This document shows, piece by piece, positions 29,050-38,117 of a stretch of DNA of 64,000 nt (positions within the stretch are counted from its first letter, which is position 1; each line of letters starts with the position of its first letter). Made by a program: the position numbers and the translations under genes. Under the pieces are notes generated by a model that saw only the letters and a list, made by a program, of their open reading frames with translations, had not been told where the DNA came from and did not search any database. This DNA comes from Candidatus Adlerbacteria bacterium (GTDB lineage Bacteria > Patescibacteriota > Minisyncoccia > Phycocordibacterales > SBAW01): contig CAINNF010000010.1 of the NCBI GenBank assembly GCA_903851045.1, positions 1,258-65,257 of the forward strand, written 5' to 3'.

Positions 29050-30228
29050 GTGACCGCAATGATGCGTCACAGGCGTCGGGCTCGTCTGAAGTTTTGTGGC
29101 AGAAAAGGTCTGCTGCCAAACGATGCGCAGGAGCTCCGCGCAGAACTTCATCGCCTCTGTGATGACGCACGACTCGAGGATGTGGTGAGAATACACATTC
29201 GCACCTGCTTCACCGAACTCGTGACCCATCCAGGGATCTACGTTCACCAACCAAGAATCAACGGTGTCCCACTCACGTGGGAAGGAGGAGATCACCGACA
29301 TGTACACATGCTGCTCTACAGTGAGAACATGTCAGCTTGGCGACTGCATTCGCGTCTCACCGCACCAAGGGAGCTGCTCGATGATTCCACATCAACAGAA
29401 GGCCAACCAGCAATGGTAGCGATTGATCCGAGGCGTGTGCTCGAAAGGATTCTGAGCAACGCGCATCGAGAACCAGCTACAATTCCCAGCAATGTTCCAC
29501 CAAGGGCGAACGTAAGCACCCCGGCACCAATAGCACCAGCACCCCAGGTCCCGGTCACGCCTGCGGAACCTGCTCACGAGCAGCATCGCAGGACCGTCGC
29601 GACTTTTGTCGAGGATGAGCGCTGTGTCGATGATTTCCTCCGCATGAGCATGGAGAAGGCAGACGACCAGGGCAATATTTCCACAGGAACTTGCGTGGAG
29701 ATCCTCAGGGCACACTTTGGGTTTCCGAACAACATCCCATACCGCGACGAAACTCGTCGCGCCGAGTACAACATGCCGTACCAAGTTCTGACTCACCTCA
29801 GAACAAATGGCGTACTCGAACCCGGCCCCCGGGGATACTGCCGCATACCTGAAGCAACACGGGCGCGACTGCACAACTCAGTGTCCGACACACCCGCCGC
29901 CATACCTGTCGAACCGGGTGGGCACGATGCTATGACAGCTCCAGCAACCGCAAAACGGGTTGAGGTGGCCATTCAAGACCCGTTGAGTCTCTTGCAACAG
30001 GTTGCCGAGCTGTCCGCACTCGTGAAGCAAATACCGACCAAGCGCGCCAAGATGAAGGAACTCATTGCAAGTCGTGCCAAGATCCACGAACAGGTCGATG
30101 CACTCCTTAAGCAGAGTGACGCAGCAACGCAACAGATAGCGTTGATCGAAGCCGAACTGAGCACCCATGCGGATGCAGAAAAACTGCTCGCAGAGATCGG
30201 TCGCATGGCCACTGTCAAAGGAGGATAG
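29050..30228 (+). CDS. hypothetical protein (392 aa), first gene of a three-gene cassette
   Basis: Strong SD then GTG/ATG start. N-terminal His-rich region (GGDHRHVHML), a Pro/Ala-rich linker, a Cys-containing central domain and a C-terminal coiled coil. No family recognised. Confidence 0.5.
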   Translation: MTAMMRHRRRARLKFCGRKGLLPNDAQELRAELHRLCDDARLEDVVRIHIRTCFTELVTHPGIYVHQPRINGVPLTWEGGDHRHVHMLLYSENMSAWRLHSRLTAPRELLDDSTSTEGQPAMVAIDPRRVLERILSNAHREPATIPSNVPPRANVSTPAPIAPAPQVPVTPAEPAHEQHRRTVATFVEDERCVDDFLRMSMEKADDQGNISTGTCVEILRAHFGFPNNIPYRDETRRAEYNMPYQVLTHLRTNGVLEPGPRGYCRIPEATRARLHNSVSDTPAAIPVEPGGHDAMTAPATAKRVEVAIQDPLSLLQQVAELSALVKQIPTKRAKMKELIASRAKIHEQVDALLKQSDAATQQIALIEAELSTHADAEKLLAEIGRMATVKGG

Positions 30229-30680
30229 TGGTGAGCGAACGAAGGCGTGCTATCGTCCAGAAAGTCGTACGCGACGGTGACCACGGGCCGTACGCGGTAG
30301 CGCTTTCGGACGATCAAGAGAGACTGAACATCACGTTCTCTCTTGGACCCAGGGTCTGGAAGAGTGAGGAGTATCCAGAACCAGGGACGTACGTTATCCT
30401 GTCTCAGCTTTCTTACAAGCGAGCAGGGTGGCGCGCGGGACGCGGACGACTCATGCAGCCGTCCGATCAGCAAACAGCAAACAGCAACAAGCAAGGAGCA
30501 ATGAGCAATGAGCAATGGCTAAGAATACACGGCGGGCCCGTACCGCAACAACAGCACTTGTCCAGCAGTTCTCTCAAGCCGAAGTGGTCCTGGCCGCGAT
30601 CGCTGAGTGTCGCGAACGGTACGCACTCACTCATCCGGGCAAGACGATCGACAAGGTCCACGTGGTGTGGGGAGGCGTGA
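30228..30680 (+). CDS. hypothetical protein, cassette ORF2 (native reading frame probably ends within the heptamer repeat)
   Basis: The GTG overlaps the ORF1 stop (taGTG). The first ~80 aa look protein-like (MVSERRRAIVQKVVRDGDHGPYAVALSDDQERLNITFSL...). After the repeat at 30469 the frame turns Ser-rich and overlaps ORF3 in another frame. Confidence 0.4.
   Translation: MVSERRRAIVQKVVRDGDHGPYAVALSDDQERLNITFSLGPRVWKSEEYPEPGTYVILSQLSYKRAGWRAGRGRLMQPSDQQTANSNKQGAMSNEQWLRIHGGPVPQQQHLSSSSLKPKWSWPRSLSVANGTHSLIRARRSTRSTWCGEA
30469..30517. repeat. seven tandem imperfect heptanucleotide repeats (AGCAAAC)2(AGCAACA)(AGCAAGG)(AGCAATG)3
   Basis: Seven tandem heptamer units are read directly from the sequence. 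The last three units each contain an ATG, at 30501, 30508 and 30515, one in each reading frame. AAGGAG sits just upstream. Confidence 0.8.
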
Positions 30681-30871
30681 ACAAGCTTCTGGAAAAACTC
30701 TATCCGGGCGAGGAACCACGTGCGATCACGGAACGCCTGTTTCAGCAAAGGATTATCGGTTTGCAAGTCGTCCGTGGAGGAGCCATTATCTGGGACCCCA
30801 AGGACGCGCCCCTTCCGCCCATACTTATGGACATGTCGGAGGCTGTGGCAAAGAGGTTGCAGAAGAAATAA
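30515..30871 (+). CDS. hypothetical protein, cassette ORF3 (118 aa)
   Basis: The ATG lies inside the last heptamer. The sequence is protein-like and Arg-rich (MAKNTRRARTATTALVQQF...). No family recognised. Confidence 0.45.
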   Translation: MAKNTRRARTATTALVQQFSQAEVVLAAIAECRERYALTHPGKTIDKVHVVWGGVNKLLEKLYPGEEPRAITERLFQQRIIGLQVVRGGAIIWDPKDAPLPPILMDMSEAVAKRLQKK

Positions 30872-30889
30872 ACAAGGTTTCTGACCACC

Positions 30890-30926
30890 GAGCCCGCACA
30901 TTTGTGCGGGCTCTTTTCTTTTTTTG
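30890..30926 (+). terminator. rho-independent terminator (11-bp perfect stem plus long U-tract)
   Basis: gagcccgcaca-tt-tgtgcgggctc followed by ttttctttttttg. Confidence 0.7.
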
Positions 30927-30949
30927 CATTAGACGATACTCTTTTACTT

Positions 30950-32923
30950 ATGACCCTCAATGAAGTCAGGACCGCATATCTGGAGTTTTTTAAGGCTCGG
31001 GGGCACACCGTCATCCCGTCCTCTTCGCTCGTACCCGAGAACGATCCGACCACCCTGTTCACCGGTTCGGGGATGCAGCAGCTCATGCCATACTTGCTGG
31101 GCAAGAATCATGCCGCGGGCAGCCGCCTCACCGACTCGCAGAAGTGCTTTCGCTCGGGTGATATCGAGGAGGTTGGCGACAATCGCCACACCACCTTCTT
31201 CGAGATGCTTGGCAACTGGTCGCTCGGCGACTACTTTAAGCATGAGCAGCTGCCGTGGTTCTTCGAGTTCTTAACTGATGAAAAGGACGGTATCGGTCTT
31301 AGCGCACATAAACTCTTTGTAACCGTATTCACGGGCGACGAAGCGAACAATGTCCCGCGCGACACCGAGTCGGTCGAGATATGGAAAGCGAATTTTAAAA
31401 AGAAGAACATCGACGCGAAAGTGGTCGAAATCGGCTCCGAAGAGGACGGCTACCAAAAAGGTATGTCGTTCGGACTCGCGGATGGTGAGGTTGGGCGCAT
31501 CTTCTACTATAACGCCAAGAAGAATTGGTGGAGCCGCTCTGGAACTCCCGACAAGATGCCGGTCGGTGAGCCAGGCGGACCAGACTCCGAAGTGTTCTAT
31601 GACTTTGGGTCAAGCACTGCGTCGAAAGGTGGACATGCATCACCAGAGGCAGACACCCAGTGGGGCCCTCAGTGCCACCCCAACTGCGATTGTGGACGTT
31701 TCCTGGAGATTGGTAACTCCGTCTTCATGCAGTACCTTAAAAAGCCGGATGGGTCATTTGGGCTACTCCCAAAGCAGAATGTAGACTTTGGCGGTGGGTT
31801 GGAGCGACTCATGATGGCTGCGAGCAATGAGCCGGACATTATTAAAGTCTGTCATGCGCCCATTCTTAATGCGATTGCGCTCAGTTCTGGCAAAGTATAC
31901 GGACGAAATGCACAAGAAACCAAGAGTTTTCGTATTATTGCGGACCACATAAAGGCTGCTGTTTTTCTTATCGCTGATGGAGTTATTCCTGGCAAATCTG
32001 ACCAGGGCTACTTCGTACGCCGCCTGATCCGTCGCAGTGTGCAGCACTTGGACAAACTTGGTATTGGTGAAAAAGCATTTAATTTGGCGGTAGTCGTGAG
32101 TGCGGTTGCTGAAATGTACAAAGACCAATATCCAGAACTGCAAGCAAAGTTGTTTGAAATAGAACAAATCGTTGGCGCTGAAGAAGCCCAATTCCGCCTC
32201 ACACTACAACGTGGCATCAAAGAGCTCGCACGGTTCGCCTCCGACGGTTCTATCTCTGCTAACGACGCCTTCCAACTCGTTACGACGTATGGATTCCCAC
32301 TGGAGTTGATCATCGAGGAGGCTGGGGAGCGCGGGATCAAGCAGATCGATATCGAGGGTTTCAAGGAGTTGCTGAAAGCGCACCAGGAGCTCTCACGAGC
32401 CGGGAGCGAGAGTAAGTTCAAGGGAGGTCTCGCGGACGCCTCAGAAGCGACCACACGGCTTCACACAGCCCATCACCTGCTCCTGAAAGCGCTTCAGATG
32501 GTGCTGGGTCCGAGTGTGAAGCAGCGCGGCTCCAATATCACAGGAGAGCGACTACGTATCGACTTTAGCTGGGGAGAGAAGATAACCGATGCACAAAAGA
32601 AGGAGGTTGAGCGCATCGTGAACGAGAAGATCGCCGAAGACCTGCCAGTCACACGCAACGAACTCGACAAAGAGGTCGCCGAGAAGCTCGGTGCAGAGCA
32701 CGAGTTCGGCGCAAAGTACCCAGACCGCGTCACCGTCTACGCGGTGGGTCCCAAAAGTGCGACGGCGGAGCATCCGCATCTAGGAGAAGCATTCTCGATG
32801 GAGTTTTGCGGCGGTCCCCACGTCGAACACACGGGCGAGCTTGCACGGTCCGGCACCTTTAAGATCCTCAAGGAGGAAGCAGTGGCAGCGGGTATTCGAC
32901 GCATCAAGGCGGTGTTGGAGTAG
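30950..32923 (+). CDS. alaS: alanyl-tRNA synthetase (short form, about 657 aa)
   Basis: N-terminal class II catalytic core (MTLNEVRTAYLEFFKARGHTVIPSSSLVP...FTGSGMQQ), the editing-domain HxxxH...CGG(P)H motif, and no long C-terminal extension. Start set at the ATG at 30950. Confidence 0.9.
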   Translation: MTLNEVRTAYLEFFKARGHTVIPSSSLVPENDPTTLFTGSGMQQLMPYLLGKNHAAGSRLTDSQKCFRSGDIEEVGDNRHTTFFEMLGNWSLGDYFKHEQLPWFFEFLTDEKDGIGLSAHKLFVTVFTGDEANNVPRDTESVEIWKANFKKKNIDAKVVEIGSEEDGYQKGMSFGLADGEVGRIFYYNAKKNWWSRSGTPDKMPVGEPGGPDSEVFYDFGSSTASKGGHASPEADTQWGPQCHPNCDCGRFLEIGNSVFMQYLKKPDGSFGLLPKQNVDFGGGLERLMMAASNEPDIIKVCHAPILNAIALSSGKVYGRNAQETKSFRIIADHIKAAVFLIADGVIPGKSDQGYFVRRLIRRSVQHLDKLGIGEKAFNLAVVVSAVAEMYKDQYPELQAKLFEIEQIVGAEEAQFRLTLQRGIKELARFASDGSISANDAFQLVTTYGFPLELIIEEAGERGIKQIDIEGFKELLKAHQELSRAGSESKFKGGLADASEATTRLHTAHHLLLKALQMVLGPSVKQRGSNITGERLRIDFSWGEKITDAQKKEVERIVNEKIAEDLPVTRNELDKEVAEKLGAEHEFGAKYPDRVTVYAVGPKSATAEHPHLGEAFSMEFCGGPHVEHTGELARSGTFKILKEEAVAAGIRRIKAVLE

Positions 32924-32953
32924 TACACTTTTTTTGCGTTATACTATGGGTGT

Positions 32954-33943
32954 ATGTCAGCACTCTTTGGGAAAAGCGATTCCGATGAGAGGACGGTCCT
33001 TCTTGTCGACATAGAGAACGGCAGTGTCGCTTCGGCACTTGCACAACTATCGCACACACAACAACCTCGGCTGTTCGCTGAACACCGTGTCGCTCTTCCC
33101 GTCTTGCACACCGTATCCGGTGCAGAGATAGCACGGCGAGTAGAACGGGCGGTCGAAGAATCGCTTGACCACACCAGCAGGATCGCTGCACGGATCCGGC
33201 AGGATAGACGATACGCTCCAATGGGTAGGATACGGGGCGCGCATCTTTTTTTCGGCCCTCCGTGGACGACCACCTCTCGGGGAGAGGAGCGGCTGCAGTG
33301 GAAATTCGAACCCTCGGTCGTCGACTATGTGCGCCGTAGCACCGAAAGCGTCGTCGGGTCCGAACCGATCGCACACCATCCGTTCGGACGAGCTGCGACG
33401 CACACCTCCAATACGCTCTTCGCGGGGTCGGTACTGTTGTGCATTGTCACGGGTGAGGTGACCGAGTTGTTAGTGATCGAAGACGACCATTTGATCGGTC
33501 GGGCCACCGTACCTCTGGGGACACATACGGCACTTCGAACTCTCAAGGTCCACGCGGGTCTCAGCATCCCAGAGGCTCACTCGGCATTGCAACTGTATCG
33601 ACGCTCGTCCGACGACCCCCTTTCCCTCGCCGAGCCGCTACGAGCTTCGTTCGACCATTTCGTCGAACAGTTCGTAGAAGCCTCTCGAGAACTTTTAACA
33701 TTACACCCTGTGGACACGATCGCTGTCATCGCTCCGGAGCCGATGGGGGAGTGGTTTGCTCGAGCGTTAGCCACACACACGAAGACCGTCCAACTGTTTC
33801 CTAACGGAGGCACGACACGAGATATCCGCGCGAAGCACTTAGCACCACACGTCTCTGCCCATGCGACGAATCCGGACATACACCTCATGATAGAGGCACT
33901 GTTCGCCCACTCGCTACAAAACTTTGGAAATGCTATACAATAA
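32954..33943 (+). CDS. hypothetical protein (329 aa)
   Basis: The N-terminal LLVDIENGSVASAL is weakly reminiscent of ASKHA/actin-like ATPase phosphate-1 loops; otherwise unassigned. Confidence 0.45.
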   Translation: MSALFGKSDSDERTVLLVDIENGSVASALAQLSHTQQPRLFAEHRVALPVLHTVSGAEIARRVERAVEESLDHTSRIAARIRQDRRYAPMGRIRGAHLFFGPPWTTTSRGEERLQWKFEPSVVDYVRRSTESVVGSEPIAHHPFGRAATHTSNTLFAGSVLLCIVTGEVTELLVIEDDHLIGRATVPLGTHTALRTLKVHAGLSIPEAHSALQLYRRSSDDPLSLAEPLRASFDHFVEQFVEASRELLTLHPVDTIAVIAPEPMGEWFARALATHTKTVQLFPNGGTTRDIRAKHLAPHVSAHATNPDIHLMIEALFAHSLQNFGNAIQ

Positions 33944-33948
33944 ACAGT

Positions 33949-35250
33949 ATGCTAGACACTAGACACGATCGCTCTATACGAAACATCCCCGTTCCTTCGA
34001 CCCATCACAACAAGATAGGAGGGGGTATGCAACGTCAACAAGACTACGACGACTACGAGAACGATGAGGCCGGGATACCACCGCCACGTCGTCCGAAGGT
34101 CCCTCACCGCAGGAACTGGCGAGCCGTGGGGCTGGTCGGAGGAGTCGTGGTCGCCTGTGCGATCGCCGGACTACTACTGTCGACCGTTTTTGAAAGCGCC
34201 ACAGTGACCCTCACTCCAAAGACAGGGAGCGTCACAACACCGCAGAACCTCACCGCGGCACCGAACGGACCGTCCGGCACGCTCTTGTACCAGACGATAA
34301 CCGCGACACAGTACGCGTCCACCTCGGTCACCGCCAACGGGACTCAGCACGTATCCCACCTGGCGACCGGTATGGTCACCCTCTACAACACCTACAGTGC
34401 GACGACACAGACATTGACCGCCAACACGCGGTTGTCGACCGCTGATGGGAAGATATATCGGATCAAGAATGCGGTGACCATACCCGGTATTGTCACGAAA
34501 TCTGACGGCTCACAGGGTCCCGGCACGGTGACCGTCTCCGTGACCGCAGATAAGCCTGGAGCCGACTATAACCAGACGACTCCGGTCCAGATGACTATCC
34601 CCGGGTTCAAAGGTACGGCAAAATATGCGAAATTTCTCGCCCAGTCCCAAGGGTCGATCAGTGGTGGTCTGGTCGGCGACGTACCGGCTATCGCCCCCGC
34701 CGATATGTCGAACGCTCAAAACGAGCTGAAACAACAACTCGACTCGAGCATCCGTTCGGCCGCCATATCGCAGGTGCCTGAAGGATTCGTTGCCGTGAAC
34801 GGTTCGCTTGGTGTCACCTACACGGATATCAATCAGACTCCCGGGGCAGGCAACACGGTTAACCTATCCGAAGGCGCGACCGCAACGGTCGCGATACTGC
34901 GCATCGGCGACCTTGCGAGTGCGCTCGCCTCACAAGCGCTGCCGGACTACAAAGGTGAATCGATCGCCTTTCGCGACCTTTCGAAGGTCACCGTCTCGCT
35001 CGTACCGTCCGGTGCGACGAACATCACCGGACCATTACATATCAGTGTCGGCGGCACACCCGTATTGATATGGCAGTTCGATGCCGCAGCACTGAAGCAG
35101 GCGTTGCTCGGGAAGGATACCTCGTCCTTCCAAAACATCATCAAGGGATATGAGCCAGCGATAGCCACAGCGGAGGCGAGCGTCAGACCGTTTTGGAAGG
35201 CAACATTCCCCTCGGATCCAAACAAAGTAACCGTTGTGGTCAGCCAATGA
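33949..35250 (+). CDS. hypothetical bitopic membrane protein with a large Thr/Ser-rich beta-rich ectodomain (433 aa)
   Basis: Cytoplasmic charged N-terminus, one TM helix (AVGLVGGVVVACAIAGLLL), and a long T/S/G-rich extracytoplasmic region. Confidence 0.5.
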   Translation: MLDTRHDRSIRNIPVPSTHHNKIGGGMQRQQDYDDYENDEAGIPPPRRPKVPHRRNWRAVGLVGGVVVACAIAGLLLSTVFESATVTLTPKTGSVTTPQNLTAAPNGPSGTLLYQTITATQYASTSVTANGTQHVSHLATGMVTLYNTYSATTQTLTANTRLSTADGKIYRIKNAVTIPGIVTKSDGSQGPGTVTVSVTADKPGADYNQTTPVQMTIPGFKGTAKYAKFLAQSQGSISGGLVGDVPAIAPADMSNAQNELKQQLDSSIRSAAISQVPEGFVAVNGSLGVTYTDINQTPGAGNTVNLSEGATATVAILRIGDLASALASQALPDYKGESIAFRDLSKVTVSLVPSGATNITGPLHISVGGTPVLIWQFDAAALKQALLGKDTSSFQNIIKGYEPAIATAEASVRPFWKATFPSDPNKVTVVVSQ

Positions 35251-35261
35251 TCATGCATAAT

Positions 35262-35290
35262 TTGACGCCTGAAACGCTCTCTGCTATGAT
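35262..35290 (+). promoter_or_regulatory. sigma70-like promoter TTGACG-17-TATGAT upstream of infA
   Basis: Exact 17-bp spacer; 15 nt before the infA ATG. Confidence 0.55.
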
Positions 35291-35305
35291 GTCACTTGTC
35301 CGGTA

Positions 35306-35515
35306 ATGGAGAACGAAGCACAAGAGGTGCAGGGCACCGTAGAGGAAGCCCTGCCTAATACCCTTTTTCGAGTATCACTCGGGGGAGGAGAAGTCATCTT
35401 AGCCTATCTCGCGGGCAAAATGCGCCTTCACCGTATCAAGGTGTTGGTGGGAGACAAAGTGCTCCTTAAGCTTGATCCCTATGGAGGGAAAGGGCGGATC
35501 ACACGAAGACTATAA
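35306..35515 (+). CDS. infA: translation initiation factor IF-1
   Basis: S1-like OB fold of 69 aa: GTVEEALPNTLFRVSLGGGEVILAYLAGKMRLHRIKVLVGDKVLLKLDPYGGKGRI. Confidence 0.9.
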   Translation: MENEAQEVQGTVEEALPNTLFRVSLGGGEVILAYLAGKMRLHRIKVLVGDKVLLKLDPYGGKGRITRRL

Positions 35516-35629
35516 ATGAAAGTAAAAGCATCCATAAAAGCTCGCTGCATGAAGTGCAAACTCCTCCGTCGCAAGGGGCGTGTGTATGTTATCTGCGAAA
35601 ACCCTCGCCATAAGCAGCGACAGGGATAA
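35516..35629 (+). CDS. rpmJ: 50S ribosomal protein L36
   Basis: Hand-translated 37 aa, [37 protein letters not shown], with zinc-ribbon CxxC...C...H. The ATG overlaps the infA stop (taAATG). It is absent from the ORF track because it is shorter than 60 aa. Confidence 0.85.
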   Translation: MKVKASIKARCMKCKLLRRKGRVYVICENPRHKQRQG

Positions 35630-35640
35630 ACACAATTATT

Positions 35641-36018
35641 ATGCGTATCTCAGGTATCACACTTCCTAACAAACGAGTCGCCTTCGCGCTTACTGCGCTC
35701 TACGGTATCGGTCTTTCTCGCGCACAGCACATCTGTGAGGCCGCGAAGATCGACCAGGCCAAGCGTGCAGACGACCTCACCGCCGAGGAAGAGAATCAGA
35801 TCCGTGCGGTCATCGAAGGTTTTAAGCTCGAGGGCGATTTGAAGCGCGATGTCGCGAACAACGTCAAGCGACTCAAGGACATCGGTGCCTACCGAGGCAC
35901 ACGCCATGCACGACACCTCCCAGTGCGTGGGCAGCGAACCAAGACGAACTCTCGAACGGTCCGAGGCAACGTCCGCAAGACGATGGGCTCTGGTCGTCGA
36001 AAGGTTGAGAAAACTTAA
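35641..36018 (+). CDS. rpsM: 30S ribosomal protein S13
   Basis: MRISGITLPNKRVAFALTALYGIG...GAYRGTRHARHLPVRGQRTKTNSRT. Confidence 0.95.
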   Translation: MRISGITLPNKRVAFALTALYGIGLSRAQHICEAAKIDQAKRADDLTAEEENQIRAVIEGFKLEGDLKRDVANNVKRLKDIGAYRGTRHARHLPVRGQRTKTNSRTVRGNVRKTMGSGRRKVEKT

Positions 36019-36047
36019 AATATATCGTATAACTACTGACACAACCT

Positions 36048-36476
36048 ATGGGTAAGAAGCGAATAGTCAAAAAAGGAGGAGACGATGGGTCGCGTGGAAA
36101 CGCAGGCTCGACTCGTGCATCGAAGCGCAAGCTCGATGCGGGGCGTTTGTATGTCGAAGCGACGTACAACAACACGAAGGTGTCCCTCGCAGACGAAAAG
36201 GGCAACGTGGTGGCATGGTCATCCAGCGGCTCACTTGGCTTCTCTGGAGCGAAGAAGGGTACCCCGTTCGCAGCTGCGAAGGTCGGCGAACTCCTTGCGG
36301 ATAAAGCGACCGCGATGGGCATGAAGGAGGTCTCGGTCATTATCGCTGGTGTCGGAGCTGGCCGTGAGTCGTCAGTGCGTGCGTTCGCCACCAAAGGCAT
36401 CCACATCAGCGGTATCAAGGATACGACCCCCGTACCACACAACGGCCCCCGACCACCCAAGCCTCGTCGCGTATAA
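36048..36476 (+). CDS. rpsK: 30S ribosomal protein S11
   Basis: ...YVEATYNNTKVSLADEKGNVVAWSSSGSLGFSGAKKGTPFAAA... Confidence 0.95.
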   Translation: MGKKRIVKKGGDDGSRGNAGSTRASKRKLDAGRLYVEATYNNTKVSLADEKGNVVAWSSSGSLGFSGAKKGTPFAAAKVGELLADKATAMGMKEVSVIIAGVGAGRESSVRAFATKGIHISGIKDTTPVPHNGPRPPKPRRV

Positions 36477-36497
36477 CCGTTCACACACAAACCATTT

Positions 36498-37109
36498 ATG
36501 ATAATCGGACCAAAATATAAAATTTGTAAGCGACTGGGCGCAGCAGTCTTCGAGAAGTGTCAAACACAGAAGTTTCAGCTTGCGGTAGCGAACGCACCTC
36601 GCAAGACGAAAGGGAAGCGTGGTGGCGCGAGCGATTTCGGCGCACAGCTCATCGAAAAGCAGAAGGCGCGCTACACGTACGGTCTTTCGGAGGCTCAATT
36701 CTCTCGATATGTCTTTGAGGCCATGGAGAAGAAAGGCGGCAGCTCTTCACAAAACCTACTGTCACGGCTTGAGGCACGGCTCGACAATGTCGCCTATCGC
36801 GCCGGGTTCGCTAAGACACGCCGCATGGCCCGCCAGCTCGTCTCACACGGTCATATCATGGTCAACGGTAAGCGCATGACCATTCCTTCACACATGGTGG
36901 TCGCAGGCGACATCATCGCTATCCGACCAGAGAGCCGAACCAGCCCACTGTTCGCCAACCGGACCGAAGCGGCAGCAGAGAGCAAGACGCCGAACTGGCT
37001 CCAGTTGGAGGAAGGTGCGGTGTCCGCGAAGGTGTCACAGACGCCGACAATAGCGGAGAGCGACCTTCTGTTCAACGCGCCGGTCATCATCCAATTCTAT
37101 AGTCGTTAA
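36498..37109 (+). CDS. rpsD: 30S ribosomal protein S4
   Basis: MIIGPKYKICKRLG...RLDNVAYRAGFAKTRRMARQLVSHGHIMVNGKRMTIPS. Confidence 0.95.
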   Translation: MIIGPKYKICKRLGAAVFEKCQTQKFQLAVANAPRKTKGKRGGASDFGAQLIEKQKARYTYGLSEAQFSRYVFEAMEKKGGSSSQNLLSRLEARLDNVAYRAGFAKTRRMARQLVSHGHIMVNGKRMTIPSHMVVAGDIIAIRPESRTSPLFANRTEAAAESKTPNWLQLEEGAVSAKVSQTPTIAESDLLFNAPVIIQFYSR

Positions 37110-37138
37110 TAAATTATCACTAAGCATCTTGTATCTAT

Positions 37139-38110
37139 ATGATGGAGTATTCAATCACATTGCCGAGTAAACCTCGCGTCGTCACCGAAGAGGAGCATGC
37201 GGGCACGTATGAGATCGATGGTCTGTACCCAGGCTACGGTCATACGCTCGGGAACAGTCTTCGACGTATCATCCTTTCGTCGCTTCCTGGTGCCGCTATC
37301 ACCTCGATCAAGATCGATGGTGTCGAGCATGAGTTCTCGACATTGAGCGGACTGCGCGAAGATGTGGTTACAGTCATCCTCAACCTCAAGAAGCTGCGTT
37401 TCGAACTACTGACGAGCGAGCCACAGACCGTGACCCTTTCGGTCAAAGGACCGAAGAAGGTGTCGGGCGGCGACCTGACGCTCCCCGGCCAGGTCCGTTT
37501 ACTTAACCCGAGTTCGTACATCTGCGAGATAACCGACGGCACGAAGATCGAAGCGGAATTCCGCGTCGAGCGTGGCCTTGGATTCGTCCCACGCGAAGCG
37601 TTGAAGAAGGACCGCGTCGAGATCGGTGAGATCTCGGTCGACGCCATCTTCTCTCCGATCCGACGAGTGAACTACGAGGTCGAGAACATGCGCGTCGGCG
37701 ATCGCACCGACTTCAATCGTCTACGACTCACTATCGAGACCGACGGCACCATCTCTCCTCGTGTCGCGCTCGAGCAGTGCATCGAGGTCATGATCACCCA
37801 GCTGAAAGCGATCGTCGGTTTCCGCGAGGAGGAACTTGCTACACCAGCACACACGCAGGCACCGAACACGACCGACATCTCCGCCTCTACCAACACGACC
37901 GAGATGAACTCGGAGGCCATGAAGACCCGCATCGAGGATCTCGACCTCTCAAGCCGCACCATCTCAGCACTTGAGAAGGCGAACATCCGCACCGTCGGCG
38001 GCCTCGCGCGCAAGAAGGAAGAGGATCTGCTCGAGATCGATGGCCTCGGTCCCAAGGCGATCCAGGAGATCAAGCGCGCTTTGGCGAACTTTGGTATAGT
38101 CCTCAAATAA
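37139..38110 (+). CDS. rpoA: DNA-directed RNA polymerase subunit alpha
   Basis: N-terminal dimerisation domain (GYGHTLGNSLRRIILSSLPGAAI) and C-terminal alphaCTD helix-hairpin-helix (LDLSSRTISALEKANIRTVGGL). Confidence 0.95.
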   Translation: MMEYSITLPSKPRVVTEEEHAGTYEIDGLYPGYGHTLGNSLRRIILSSLPGAAITSIKIDGVEHEFSTLSGLREDVVTVILNLKKLRFELLTSEPQTVTLSVKGPKKVSGGDLTLPGQVRLLNPSSYICEITDGTKIEAEFRVERGLGFVPREALKKDRVEIGEISVDAIFSPIRRVNYEVENMRVGDRTDFNRLRLTIETDGTISPRVALEQCIEVMITQLKAIVGFREEELATPAHTQAPNTTDISASTNTTEMNSEAMKTRIEDLDLSSRTISALEKANIRTVGGLARKKEEDLLEIDGLGPKAIQEIKRALANFGIVLK

Positions 38111-38117
38111 CACCTAT

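Noticed and set aside
30469-30517. CRISPR-like array
   Set aside because: The repeats are 7-nt contiguous units without spacers, which makes this a microsatellite and not a CRISPR array. No CRISPR array was found anywhere in the window.
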